NCBI GenBank assembly: GCA_965222895.1
Contig: CBDCVB010000002.1
Span: 1,477,663 to 1,541,662, forward strand
DNA length: 64,000 bases
DNA from: Dehalococcoidia bacterium
GTDB taxonomy: Bacteria; Chloroflexota; Dehalococcoidia; Lucifugimonadales; UBA3495
Reading direction: 5' to 3'
Below are positions 9,613 through 18,015 of the stretch, piece by piece; within the stretch, counting starts at the first letter, position 1; each line of letters starts with the position of its first letter. The position numbers and the translations under genes were made by a program. The notes beneath the pieces are model-generated. The model had not been told where the DNA came from. It was given only the letters and a program-made list of their open reading frames with translations, and did not search any database.

Positions 9613-9816
9613 TTACTCCGCCGCAGCGATGAAGGCAGACGGTGATTCTGCGTCGCTGACGTCAATCTCGTACAGAATGCTGATTCCGCTGCGCATCATC
9701 TGTACACGCCGGCGCAAGTCCTCCATCCGTTCGACATCTGAAGTATCCAGACCGGCGGCAGCGGCCACCTGGAGGAACGCATCGAGGGGGCATTCGGCAG
9801 CGGATTCGGTAGACAT
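9613..9816 (-). CDS. Small GatC/AtzG-like (DUF4089-like) partner of the amidase
   Basis: 67 aa from MSTESAAECPLDAFLQVAAAAGLD..IDVSDAESPSAFIAAAE. Size, position just upstream of the amidase and the acidic C-terminal ..P.AF motif fit GatC-like subunits. The start is uncertain. Confidence 0.45.
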   Translation of the reverse strand: MSTESAAECPLDAFLQVAAAAGLDTSDVERMEDLRRRVQMMRSGISILYEIDVSDAESPSAFIAAAE

Positions 9817-9989
9817 AGTTGGCTCTGGATGCGCCGGGTGAGTGGGTTCATTAGACGGCCGGCGGACGTTGGTCATTATGGCGCAGGGCGCGCCGGTTGG
9901 CAAATCACCATCGGGTGGTTGAACGCTGGCGCAGGGACAATTCCCGATGCCCGCTATGGGCTATACTTTGTTGATGTGGCTCTAATAAG

Positions 9990-10850
9990 ATGACGACAGC
10001 TAAGATGACGGCAGCCTATTGCACTTTCTGCGGCGCTGCGGTTTTGCTGGGTTCAGGCGCCTGCCCGGACTGCGGGCAGCGAATCGGCGGGCTGGATGAA
10101 CCGGCCCCGTCCGACGGGGAGCAATGGGGTCTCTGGTCGGTGGGCGGCGGATTGGCGGCGCTCGTACTGACCTCGATTCTGATTGCAGCCGTGGCGTTTT
10201 GGATGCTGCTGCCGGCGTGCGATGCCTCGGGTGGACCGCCGGCGGAATGCCGCGACAAATCCTATGGCATCGAAATGTCAATGCCGGCGGTAACGTTGAT
10301 TTCCACCATTGTCCTGGGAATTGCCCAGGTTACGCTGGTGTGGATGCTGGGGTTCCGCCGGATGCGCCCGTCGCCCCGGTTGCTGGGCTTCACGCGGCCC
10401 CAGCGGTCCCGGTGGCTGACTGGGGGCGCAGTGTTGGCGGCAATCTGCGCCAGCGTCGGATTTGCCCATCTGTACGGGCTGACGACAACTGCGTTGGGTT
10501 GGGATTTTTTGACGCCGCCGGAACTGGAACCGGATCTGGTGCTGCCCGGCGCGCTGGCGGCACTGAGTTTCGTCGCTCTGGCAATCTGGACGCCGTTGGT
10601 CGAGGAGGCTTTTTTCCGTGGGTTTGTGTTGCGCGGCCTGGTAAACCGATGGGGTTCGGCCGCCGGTCTGGTTTTGTCGGCGGCGGTTTTCACCGGGATG
10701 CACTTTTCGCTGCCGGTGTTGCTGCCCATATTCGTTACCGGTTTGCTCCTGGGGGGCTTATACTGGTACACGCGGTCGCTGTGGCCATCAATCATCGTGC
10801 ACGGTTTGCAAAACGGGCTGGCGGTGTTGCTGGCGATTAACCTGGCCTAA
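9990..10850 (+). CDS. CPBP-family intramembrane metalloprotease with N-terminal zinc ribbon
   Basis: CTFCG..CPDCG ribbon, multiple TM segments, and CPBP motifs EEAFFRGF, FTGMHF and HGLQNG. Confidence 0.8.
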   Translation: MTTAKMTAAYCTFCGAAVLLGSGACPDCGQRIGGLDEPAPSDGEQWGLWSVGGGLAALVLTSILIAAVAFWMLLPACDASGGPPAECRDKSYGIEMSMPAVTLISTIVLGIAQVTLVWMLGFRRMRPSPRLLGFTRPQRSRWLTGGAVLAAICASVGFAHLYGLTTTALGWDFLTPPELEPDLVLPGALAALSFVALAIWTPLVEEAFFRGFVLRGLVNRWGSAAGLVLSAAVFTGMHFSLPVLLPIFVTGLLLGGLYWYTRSLWPSIIVHGLQNGLAVLLAINLA

Positions 10851-10933
10851 GGCACGGCGTACCGGAAACCCGCTTTGCCACGTGCAACTGCGCTCCCGTG
10901 TTTGCACCGAGCCAAAAGACAACGAGGTTTTTA

Positions 10934-11749
10934 ATGGCTGCAAATCCTCAGACACGAACTGACCGAATTGCCGACCGTTTCGCTGCCATCAAGGCCGAGA
11001 GTCGGCCGGGGCTGGTGGTCTTTATGACCGTTGGTCACCCGTACCGCGACGCCGCGCTGGAGATAGCTCCGCAACTGGCAGCTGCCGGCGCGGACGCCAT
11101 CGAATTGGGGATGCCATTCAGCGACCCGATGGGCGAGGGCCCGGTCATCCAGGAGTCCAGCTTCGTCGCGTTGCAAAACGGTGTTACCACCCAGGACTGC
11201 CTGGACACTGCGGCGGCGGTGCGTCCGGACATAGGCGATACACCGTTGATTTTGATGGGTTACTACAACCCCGTCCTGTCCTACGGGCTGGAACGGTTTG
11301 CCAGGGCGTGCGCCACCGCAACGGTGGACGGGTTGATTATCGTGGATTTGCCGTCCACCGAAGCCGAACCGCTGGTTGGCCACCTGGAGCCATTCGGCAT
11401 CCACCTGATTCCGTTGCTGGCGCCAACCAGCACCGACGAGAGCATTGCCCAATCCGTGCGCTTGGGCGGGGGGTTCGTTTATTGCATTAGCGTAACGGGT
11501 GTTACCGGCGCCCGCTCCGAGGTGTCAGACCGGGGCCTGGGACTGGTGGACCGGGTGCGGCAGCAGACTGATCTGCCGGTGGCGGTTGGCTTCGGTATCT
11601 CTACCCGGGAGCACGTGCTGGACGTTGGCAAGCGGGCCGATGCCGCGGTGGTAGGCAGCGTCCTGGTGCGGGCGTTGGGGGATGGCCCGCCGGCGGAAGC
11701 CGCCCAGCGCGCCGCTACGGTGGTGAGCAGCCTGTCCGGGCGTCGATAG
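10934..11749 (+). CDS. trpA: Tryptophan synthase alpha chain
   Basis: LVVFMTVGHP, ELGMPFSDPMGEGPVIQ, YCISVTGVTG and GFGIS motifs. ATG at 10934 preceded by GAGG. No trpB adjacent. Confidence 0.9.
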   Translation: MAANPQTRTDRIADRFAAIKAESRPGLVVFMTVGHPYRDAALEIAPQLAAAGADAIELGMPFSDPMGEGPVIQESSFVALQNGVTTQDCLDTAAAVRPDIGDTPLILMGYYNPVLSYGLERFARACATATVDGLIIVDLPSTEAEPLVGHLEPFGIHLIPLLAPTSTDESIAQSVRLGGGFVYCISVTGVTGARSEVSDRGLGLVDRVRQQTDLPVAVGFGISTREHVLDVGKRADAAVVGSVLVRALGDGPPAEAAQRAATVVSSLSGRR

Positions 11750-11815
11750 CATCGGTTCCTGCGCCGGGGACGCATACGGCGAAAATCAGCCTTGAAGCCC
11801 GTTGACAACCCTCAA

Positions 11816-12037
11816 GCGTACCGGCTTTCACATTCCTGCGTACCCACTTTGACATTACTGCGTACTCACATTGTCATTGCGAGCGTAGCGCGGCAATCTC
11901 GTCGCCGTAGCAACGGCGGTTCGCCGACGTGTGTTCAGCCTCACCGGGATTGCCACGTCGCTAAGCTCCTCGCAATGACAGATCAACGCTGTGCTCCTCG
12001 CAATGGCAGATTAACGCTGTGCTCGCGGCAATGACAG
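11816..12037. repeat. MITE/REP-like element family A, copy 2 of 4 (with internal tandem units)
   Basis: Three ~21-nt GCGTACYC.CTTT.ACATT units, then GTCATTGCGAGCGTAGCGCGGCAATCTCG..core..GGGATTGCCACGTCGCTAAGCTCCTCGCAATGACAG. The right arm is repeated as 28-bp units at 11965-11992 and 11993-12020, plus a partial unit. Confidence 0.75.
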
Positions 12038-12059
12038 ATTAAAGTGGGTGCGGATGAGG

Positions 12060-12088
12060 TTGACAACCTGGTTGCGTCAGGGTAGTAT
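12060..12088 (+). promoter_or_regulatory. Sigma-70-type promoter for the aroG leader
   Basis: TTGACA (12060-12065), 17-nt spacer, TAGTAT (12083-12088). Confidence 0.55.
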
Positions 12089-12098
12089 TTTCTGCGAA

Positions 12099-12203
12099 AT
12101 GAACGCATCCAGCCGTCAAATCACTCGGGGCTTTTATTACCCGTTTTATTATTACGCTTACCGCAACACGGTCGGCGTAAGTCCGGTGTGTGAAGCCCGA
12201 TAA
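12099..12203 (+). CDS. Candidate Tyr/Phe-rich leader peptide (34 aa)
   Basis: ATG at 12099 to TAA at 12201 encodes MNASSRQITRGFYYPFYYYAYRNTVGVSPVCEAR. There are 6 Tyr and 2 Phe within 10 consecutive codons. No SD; the ATG lies about 4 nt after the predicted TSS. Confidence 0.6.
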   Translation: MNASSRQITRGFYYPFYYYAYRNTVGVSPVCEAR

Positions 12204-12227
12204 TTCAGGGGACAATCACTTTGGCAG

Positions 12228-12261
12228 GACTTCAGCCGGACACGGGCTGGAGTCTTTTTTA
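12228..12261 (+). terminator. Intrinsic terminator (attenuator) in the aroG leader
   Basis: GACTTCAGCC / GGCTGGAGTC 10-bp stem (one G.U) with a 7-nt loop, followed by TTTTTTATTA. It lies 45 nt upstream of the aroG ATG. Confidence 0.65.
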
Positions 12262-12309
12262 TTACGACAGCCTGAATGCCCCCGGCCACGAACGAGGAGG
12301 ACACTCAAT

Positions 12310-13359
12310 ATGGTTAGTTCACCCGCGAAGGACGTCAATGTAATGAGCAACAACGCTTTGATACGACCTTCTGAACTGGAAGCCCGTATCCCGCTGACGG
12401 CCAGGGCCGAGGCATCGGTGCTGGCCGGGCGTCAGCAGCTGGAGGCGGTGTTAAATGGCGCAGATGAACGGTTCGCGGTCATCGTTGGCCCCTGTTCCAT
12501 CCACGACAACCGGGGCGCGCTGGATTACGCAGCACGCCTGAAGCCCCTGGCCGACCGGCTCAGCGAACGGCTGCTCGTCGTGATGCGAGTCTATTTCGAG
12601 AAACCCCGCACCACCGTGGGTTGGAAGGGTCTCATCTACGACCCCAACCTGAATGACACCTACCAGATTGAGGACGGGTTGCACCGCGCCCGTCAGCTGT
12701 TGCTCGAAGTCGCCGAAACCGGCCTGTACTCCGCCACCGAGTTCCTGGACCCCATCGTGCCCCAGTACCTCTCCGACCTGGTGACCTGGGCCGCCATTGG
12801 GGCTCGTACTACCGAGAGTCAGACGCACCGGCAGATGGCGTCGGGACTGTCGATGCCGGTAGGATTCAAAAACGGAACGGATGGCGACCCGCAAACGGCG
12901 GTGGATGCGTTGGTGGCGGCCAGCACGCCCCAGGCCTTCCTGGGGATTGACCACCAGGGTCAGGCGTCTATCGTGGAAACCCGCGGCAACGACAACTGCC
13001 ATCTGGTCATGCGCGGCGGACGCAGCGGCACCAATTTCGACTCCCGCTCCATTGCCACGGCGCAGGAGGCGCTTCGCAAGTCCAGCGTGCCACCGCGTAT
13101 AGTGGTAGATTGCAGCCACGGCAACTCCAACAAAGACCACACCCGGCAGCACATTGCCTTCGAGGATGTGATTGCGCAACGCCTTGCCGGTAACAGCGAC
13201 CTGTTGGGGGTGATGCTGGAAAGCAACATCAACCCTGGGGCGCAGAAACTGGCCGAAGACCCGTCCGTGCTGGAGTACGGCGTGTCCATCACCGACTCCT
13301 GCATCGGTTGGGACGAAACGGTAAAGCTGCTGGAGTGGGCATACGAAGAGCTGGGCTAA
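12310..13359 (+). CDS. aroG: 3-deoxy-7-phosphoheptulonate (DAHP) synthase, class I (AroF/G/H type)
   Basis: IVGPCSIHD, RVYFEKPRTTVGWKGL, GARTTESQ.HR and DCSHGNS motifs. ATG at 12310 preceded by GAGGAGGA. Which isozyme (F, G or H) cannot be told from sequence alone. Confidence 0.9.
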   Translation: MVSSPAKDVNVMSNNALIRPSELEARIPLTARAEASVLAGRQQLEAVLNGADERFAVIVGPCSIHDNRGALDYAARLKPLADRLSERLLVVMRVYFEKPRTTVGWKGLIYDPNLNDTYQIEDGLHRARQLLLEVAETGLYSATEFLDPIVPQYLSDLVTWAAIGARTTESQTHRQMASGLSMPVGFKNGTDGDPQTAVDALVAASTPQAFLGIDHQGQASIVETRGNDNCHLVMRGGRSGTNFDSRSIATAQEALRKSSVPPRIVVDCSHGNSNKDHTRQHIAFEDVIAQRLAGNSDLLGVMLESNINPGAQKLAEDPSVLEYGVSITDSCIGWDETVKLLEWAYEELG

Positions 13360-13396
13360 TCGCCGGCCTTTCTCACCACTGCAACGAGTACGCACA

Positions 13397-13433
13397 GCCC
13401 TTTTCCGCTTCGCGGAGAGGGGCTTTTCTTGTT
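13397..13433 (+). terminator. Intrinsic terminator after aroG
   Basis: GCCCTTTTCCGC-TTCG-GCGGAGAGGGGC: 12-bp stem (two G.U) with a UUCG tetraloop, followed by TTTTCTTGTT. Confidence 0.7.
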
Positions 13434-13527
13434 GCCGATGGGTTCGATTGCTGGGGAATACCAGGGGAACCGGGGCGCAACGGGGAGGCATCGCGGGTTG
13501 CCACTTGGGGCTGGCCGGCAGCCACCG

Positions 13528-13536
13528 TGATATAAT
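13528..13536 (+). promoter_or_regulatory. Extended -10 element (TGaTATAAT) upstream of the GNAT gene
   Basis: TG at 13528-13529 and TATAAT at 13531-13536. No good -35. Confidence 0.3.
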
Positions 13537-13630
13537 TCCCGTAAAGGCCACATTGACGCGAGTGCCGCACATATTGTGCATCGACGCTCGCCTTCGCTCA
13601 TACCTGTTACTGATACGAGGAGGCCGGCAC

Positions 13631-14218
13631 ATGTTCCCCACCGTTAGCCTCAACACAGAAGTTACCCGGGAGGACGTTTCACGCCTCCGCGACTGGTTGC
13701 GAGACCCGGAGGTCAGTTCCCTCTGGTACGGCAACGATGATAACGACGGCCACGCGTTGCACATCGGGTACGCTCCGGAGCAGATTACCGATGCCGATGA
13801 CGAGGCCTGGAGTCAGGTTTTCCATCAGGATGAGCGGCGCATTTTCTCCCTGTACGCCACCGACGAGGCGCACATCGGGGAAGCGCAATTGCTGGTCGAA
13901 TGGCCCCTGCAAGAGGCCCAGCTGTTCATCATGATCGGACGCAAAGACTTGTGGCACCATCATTACGGAACGGCGGCGTTGATTGCCATGCTGGACGAGG
14001 CGTTCGAGAACCTGGAACTGCACCGCGTGTGGGTCGATGTACCGGAATACAACGAGCACGCGTTGCAGATGTTCCGGCATCTGGGTTTCGTGCTGGAAGG
14101 GCACCTGCGTCGTACTCACCGCAAAGATGGAAACTGGTATGACTCCTTTGCCATGGGTTTGCTGACGGACGAATACCATCGCCGACGCGACCGGGTGCTG
14201 GCTCAATACAGCGCCTGA
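13631..14218 (+). CDS. GNAT-family N-acetyltransferase (RimJ/RimL-like)
   Basis: ATG at 13631 preceded by GAGGAGG. The ...HHHYGTAALIAMLDEAF..LELHRVWVDVPEYNEHALQMFRHLGF.. segment is typical of the acetyltransferase core. Confidence 0.8.
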   Translation: MFPTVSLNTEVTREDVSRLRDWLRDPEVSSLWYGNDDNDGHALHIGYAPEQITDADDEAWSQVFHQDERRIFSLYATDEAHIGEAQLLVEWPLQEAQLFIMIGRKDLWHHHYGTAALIAMLDEAFENLELHRVWVDVPEYNEHALQMFRHLGFVLEGHLRRTHRKDGNWYDSFAMGLLTDEYHRRRDRVLAQYSA

Positions 14219-14324
14219 CCGCAATATTCACGCGACCGTCGCACTCATTGGCAATGTGGGGATGACGCCAAACATCCAGCCCCATAAGGCGGGTGCGCCG
14301 GCCCGGGCGTCGGAGGATTGAACT

Positions 14325-15035
14325 ATGCCAGTTATCACCATCAACGGAGTCATTGGCAGCGGCACACTGGAAATCGGCCACCTGGTGGCCCAGAATTTGG
14401 GCATCAACTACGTTGACCGCTACATCTTCTCGGAAGCGGCGCGCCTGGTCGGTTCACCCATTGGCCAGATGATTGAGAAGGAGCAACGCGTCATCCCCTT
14501 CCGCGAGAAGGTGGCCCGGTTCATGCAAACCGTGCTGGAACGCTCCGCCGTTGCCGGAGCCGGCGCCGAGCCATACTTCGGCCGGGGCATCGAAATGCTG
14601 CCGGCGGAGGCTTATACCGAGCTGGTGTCGGATGCGGCTTCAACCTCTGCCGTTCACGACCGGGCATTCATCGAAGCCACGACTTCCGTCATCAAGGATC
14701 TCGCCGCCGCCGGCGATGTGGTAATTATTGGGCGGGGCAGCAACATGATCCTGGCGGACACCCCCGGGGTGGTTCACGTCGGTTTGGTGGCGCCGATGGA
14801 TGTGCGTATTGACACAATGGCCAAGCGCGAGATGTTCAATCCGGAGGAAGCGCGTGCCTACTCCGAGGAGCTGGAAAACGCGCGCGTGACGTTCTATCGC
14901 AAGTTCTTCCGCATCAATGCCAACGACCCAACCAAGTATCACCTGATGCTGAACATCGGGCGGATTTCTCAGAGCACCGCGGCTGAGATTATCGGCCACG
15001 CCTCCGCTGACATCGCAGGCGTGCCAGTGGGATAA
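14325..15035 (+). CDS. Cytidylate-kinase-like family protein
   Basis: MPVITINGVIGSGTLEIGHLVAQNLGINYVDR P-loop-like N-terminus. GGAGGA SD. Confidence 0.75.
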   Translation: MPVITINGVIGSGTLEIGHLVAQNLGINYVDRYIFSEAARLVGSPIGQMIEKEQRVIPFREKVARFMQTVLERSAVAGAGAEPYFGRGIEMLPAEAYTELVSDAASTSAVHDRAFIEATTSVIKDLAAAGDVVIIGRGSNMILADTPGVVHVGLVAPMDVRIDTMAKREMFNPEEARAYSEELENARVTFYRKFFRINANDPTKYHLMLNIGRISQSTAAEIIGHASADIAGVPVG

Positions 15036-15095
15036 ATATGTTGCCGTCTGTCGCGCCTTTTCGGGCCACCCCGATATGCAGCAGCCAAACGATGC

Positions 15096-15128
15096 ACCGG
15101 GCGTCTTCACGGCGCCCGGTATTTTGTT
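15096..15128 (+). terminator. Intrinsic terminator
   Basis: ACCGGGCG-n9-CGCCCGGT followed by ATTTTGTT, 61 nt after the stop at 15035. Confidence 0.55.
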
Positions 15129-15227
15129 AGTCCGTCCGACCGATATGCGGCGCCTGGGTATTCCAGACCGGAAGCCGGTAACCGTTGCCTTCGCCTGGCG
15201 AGTAGTCAGCCGGATGAGCAGCCAGCC

Positions 15228-15836
15228 TTGATACCCATATCTGACGGCGGCCGGCCACGGGGTTCGTTTCCGGTCGTAAACGTTACCCTGCTGGGGCTGA
15301 ATGCCCTAGTGTTTTTGTGGGAAATCGGGACCGGCGGGATCGGGTTTCTATTCGGCGCCGATAGTGTCTCCATTTTTGTGTTCTTCCTGAAGTTCGGATT
15401 CATCCCCGCCGAACTATCCAGCGGCATGGAATTTGAACGGTTGAATCTCGACGTGGGCCAAGTGCAGAGCATCGCGTCGCCAATCCCCACCTGGGCAACG
15501 ATATTCACGTCCATGTTCATCCACGGCGGGTTGATGCACTTCGCCGGCAATATGCTGTTCCTATGGGTGTTTGGCGACAACATCGAAGACACCTTCGGCC
15601 ACGTCAAATATCTGGTGTTCTATCTGGTGGCGGGCGTCCTGGCGACACTGGCGCATTACGTAACCGATACGGGGTCCCAAACGCCACTGGTGGGCGCGAG
15701 CGGGGCGATATCGGGCGTGTTGGGCGCCTATCTCGTGCTGTATCCTCGCAACCGCATCCGCACGCTGATTGTCTACTTCCTGATCACCGTCGTGGAGCTG
15801 CGCGCCGCCTGGCTGCTGCTCATCTGGATAGGCTTA
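15228..15836 (+). pseudogene. Rhomboid-family intramembrane serine protease, 5' fragment (interrupted by IS)
   Basis: TTG start, MIPISDGGRP.., HGGLMHFAGNMLFLWVFG, and catalytic GASGAISGV. The frame runs into the IS at 15837. Confidence 0.85.
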
Positions 15837-16718
15837 GAGGGCGTGTGACAAATAGATTCAGGAGGGCTGGATCCGTTTGAGCATCAGGTGGACCATGGCG
15901 ATATGCACCCAGGCTTCGCTGCTTTCGGTGCGCTCCTCATAGTCTTTGCTGAGCCGGCGACATCGACTGAGCCACGCCAGGGTGCGTTCCACCACCCACC
16001 GGCGCGGCAACACCTCGAAGCTGTGGCTATCCGGTTGCCGCCGTACCACGGTCAGCACCCAACCGCCAGTGGCCCAGGCCCAGGCCACCAATTGACCAGC
16101 GTAGCCAGCATCGGCCCAGATGACTCGGAGCCGAGGGAATCGGTTCAGCAACTTCACCAACACCAGCTTGGCGCCGTCCCGATCCTGGATATTGGCGGCA
16201 TGAACCACCACGGCCAGCAGTAATCCCATGGTGTCCACTACAATGTGCCGCTTGCGTCCGGCGACCTTTTTACCTGCGTCATAGCCGCGCCGCCCCCTTT
16301 TTCAGTGGTCTGCACCGACTGGCTGTCTATGATGGCCGCGCTGGGCGTGGCCTCTCGGCCCGCCGCTTCCCGCACCCGGGCCCGCAAGGCCGACTCCACT
16401 CGTTCCCAGGTCCCGTCATCCCGCCATTTGCGGAAGTACCACCAGACCGTGCCCCAGGGTGGCAGGTCATGGGGCATCAGCCGCCAGGGTATGCCACCGC
16501 GCAGCACGTAGAGAATCCCGTTGACCACCTCCCGCAGGTCGGTGGTCCTGGGATGGCCTCTGGTGGTGTCGGGTGGCAGCAGGGGAGCCAATTCCTCCCA
16601 CTGGGCGTCGGTCAAATCGCTGGGATAAGGTTTTCTGCTCATGCCCCCAGCGTAACCGCCATCCCCTTATCACTCCAAGAACCGCCAGCGCACGTTTAGA
16701 CCATTGTCACACACCCTC
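15837..16718 (-). mobile_element. IS5-family insertion sequence (IS427-like subgroup), 882 bp
   Basis: Terminal inverted repeats GAGGGCGTGTGACAA (15837-) and GAGGGTGTGTGACAA (reverse complement, -16718) match 14/15. They are flanked by a direct TTA (15834-15836 and 16719-16721). Two overlapping transposase ORFs lie inside. Confidence 0.9.
15858..16642 (-). CDS. IS5-family DDE transposase (orfA 16238..16642 plus orfB, joined by a probable -1 frameshift)
   Basis: The N-terminal ..PWRLMPHDLPPWGTVWWYFRKW.. segment is typical of IS4/5 transposase N-termini. The -1 frame after GAAAAAGGGGG (minus strand of 16293-16302) reads RGYDAGKKVAGRKRHIVVDTMGLLL.., continuing into the DDE domain. Confidence 0.85.
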
Positions 16719-16925
16719 TTACAGGTGGTGCAGGGCCTGTTGTCCATCGGCATCAGCGACCAGGTGAGCACCGCGTTCTTCGCCCACATCGGCGGATTCG
16801 CCGTGGGCCTGGCAGTTGCAGGGGTAGTCAAGCTGCTGTGGCGGCCCCCGCAGGGACCAGCGGGCTATTACCGTGGCGGTGGCAACCGGAACCCGCAATA
16901 CTGGCGGGGCCGTCGAATCGACTAA
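16719..16925 (+). pseudogene. Rhomboid protease, 3' fragment
   Basis: LQVVQGLLSIGISDQVSTAFFAHIGGFAVG carries the catalytic His motif. It is in frame with 15228..15836 once the IS and one TTA copy are removed. Confidence 0.85.
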
Positions 16926-16950
16926 CCATTAGCCCCGATTTTTGGGCGAA

Positions 16951-17838
16951 CTAGGCTTCGGGGAAGGGGTTGAGCCCCAGTATATCCCGCGCCTGTTCCG
17001 GCGTGGCGGGTTCGCGTCCGTTGAGCCTGGCCATCGTTACCGCCCACTCTATGTATTGCGCGTTGGACGTGGGTTGTGGGTTGTTGGGCAGGAATGGGCT
17101 GTCCTCGAAACCAACGCGAATATGGGCGCCGGTGGCGATGGCAATGGCGCAAAGCGGGAAGGTTTGACTGGTGCTGCTATGGGTCAGCCAGGTTGACTCT
17201 GGGTAGTGCTCGCGGATGGTGTCGGTAATCAGCGTGTAGTTGCGGGGTGAGCCGACCATGTTCAGTCGTCCGTCACCCCAGTGGGCGCCGGGTTCCACGA
17301 GGAAATAGCGGCTGTCCCTGATGTAACCTTCGCGCATGAGCGTAATGGCGGCATTCAGGTTGCCGACATCATGCACCGCCGGCTCCGGAAAGGTGCCGCG
17401 CTGATAGCAGGCGTCCAGCGTGGCCAATATGTCCTCGAACGAGTTGGGACTGGTAACGGTGCGACGCTGACCCGTCTCCGGGTCCAGCGCCCAGCGGGTG
17501 CCCGTGCCGAGGTTCAGCGATACCATCTCCACGGGTTGCGGAGTCTCCAGCAGGTAGCGCGTAACCGCCTCCACCGGGACGTGAGCCTGCCGGGCGGTGG
17601 TATGGTTCAGGGCGAGATCGCACTGGGCGCGTATCATGGCGTCGGTCTGAGCGTACCAGGCCGGGTCGTAGCTGATGCCGCCGTCCGGAGTGCGGGCGTG
17701 GATATGCACGATGGATGCCCCGGCTTCGTAGCACCGAACGGCCTCCTGTGCCACCTCTTCGGGAGTCCACGGAACGTTGGGATTATCTTCGCGTCCGCGA
17801 CTGCCGTTCAGGCACCCTTTGATGATGATTGTGTCCAT
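16951..17838 (-). CDS. 3-keto-5-aminohexanoate cleavage enzyme family (BKACE/DUF849)
   Basis: The last 295 aa of the listed ORF 16951..18735 begin MDTIIIKGCLNGSR..VHIHAR. The upstream part of that ORF is antisense to the molybdoenzyme gene. Confidence 0.85.
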   Translation of the reverse strand: MDTIIIKGCLNGSRGREDNPNVPWTPEEVAQEAVRCYEAGASIVHIHARTPDGGISYDPAWYAQTDAMIRAQCDLALNHTTARQAHVPVEAVTRYLLETPQPVEMVSLNLGTGTRWALDPETGQRRTVTSPNSFEDILATLDACYQRGTFPEPAVHDVGNLNAAITLMREGYIRDSRYFLVEPGAHWGDGRLNMVGSPRNYTLITDTIREHYPESTWLTHSSTSQTFPLCAIAIATGAHIRVGFEDSPFLPNNPQPTSNAQYIEWAVTMARLNGREPATPEQARDILGLNPFPEA

Positions 17839-18015
17839 AATTGCCCGCCCTCTGGGTTCAGTTTTGAGTTGCATCGCAATCGGAAAAGGTCGGCTGCCGG
17901 TGTACCGGCTGCCGGGTGCGTATGCTATCATACCCGAAGCGGGCCGGCTGGACTCGATAAGGCGCCCGGGCCGCTTTGCAGTTGGAACGGGCTGTATAAA
18001 AATCAGGAGGGAACT

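Noticed and set aside
11965-12037. 28-bp tandem units considered as a mini CRISPR array
   Set aside because: The units are directly adjacent with no spacers, number only about 2.7, and correspond to the right arm of the family A inverted-repeat element. No cas genes are present.
13440-13449. GGGTTCGATT T-loop-like sequence as a hint of a tRNA gene
   Set aside because: No acceptor, D or anticodon stems can be built around it. No other tRNA-like or rRNA-like segments were found in the intergenic regions.
12451-13764. 437-aa ORF on the minus strand across aroG
   Set aside because: Antisense to a gene with unmistakable DAHP synthase motifs. The product is Arg/Gly/Ala/Pro-rich with no recognisable domain. 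Typical GC-driven shadow ORF.
17839-18015. Moco riboswitch or other leader RNA upstream of the molybdoenzyme gene
   Set aside because: Only a TGcTATCAT extended -10-like box (17923-17931) and small hairpins are visible. I could not recognise the conserved Moco-motif core, so no call is made without cmsearch.
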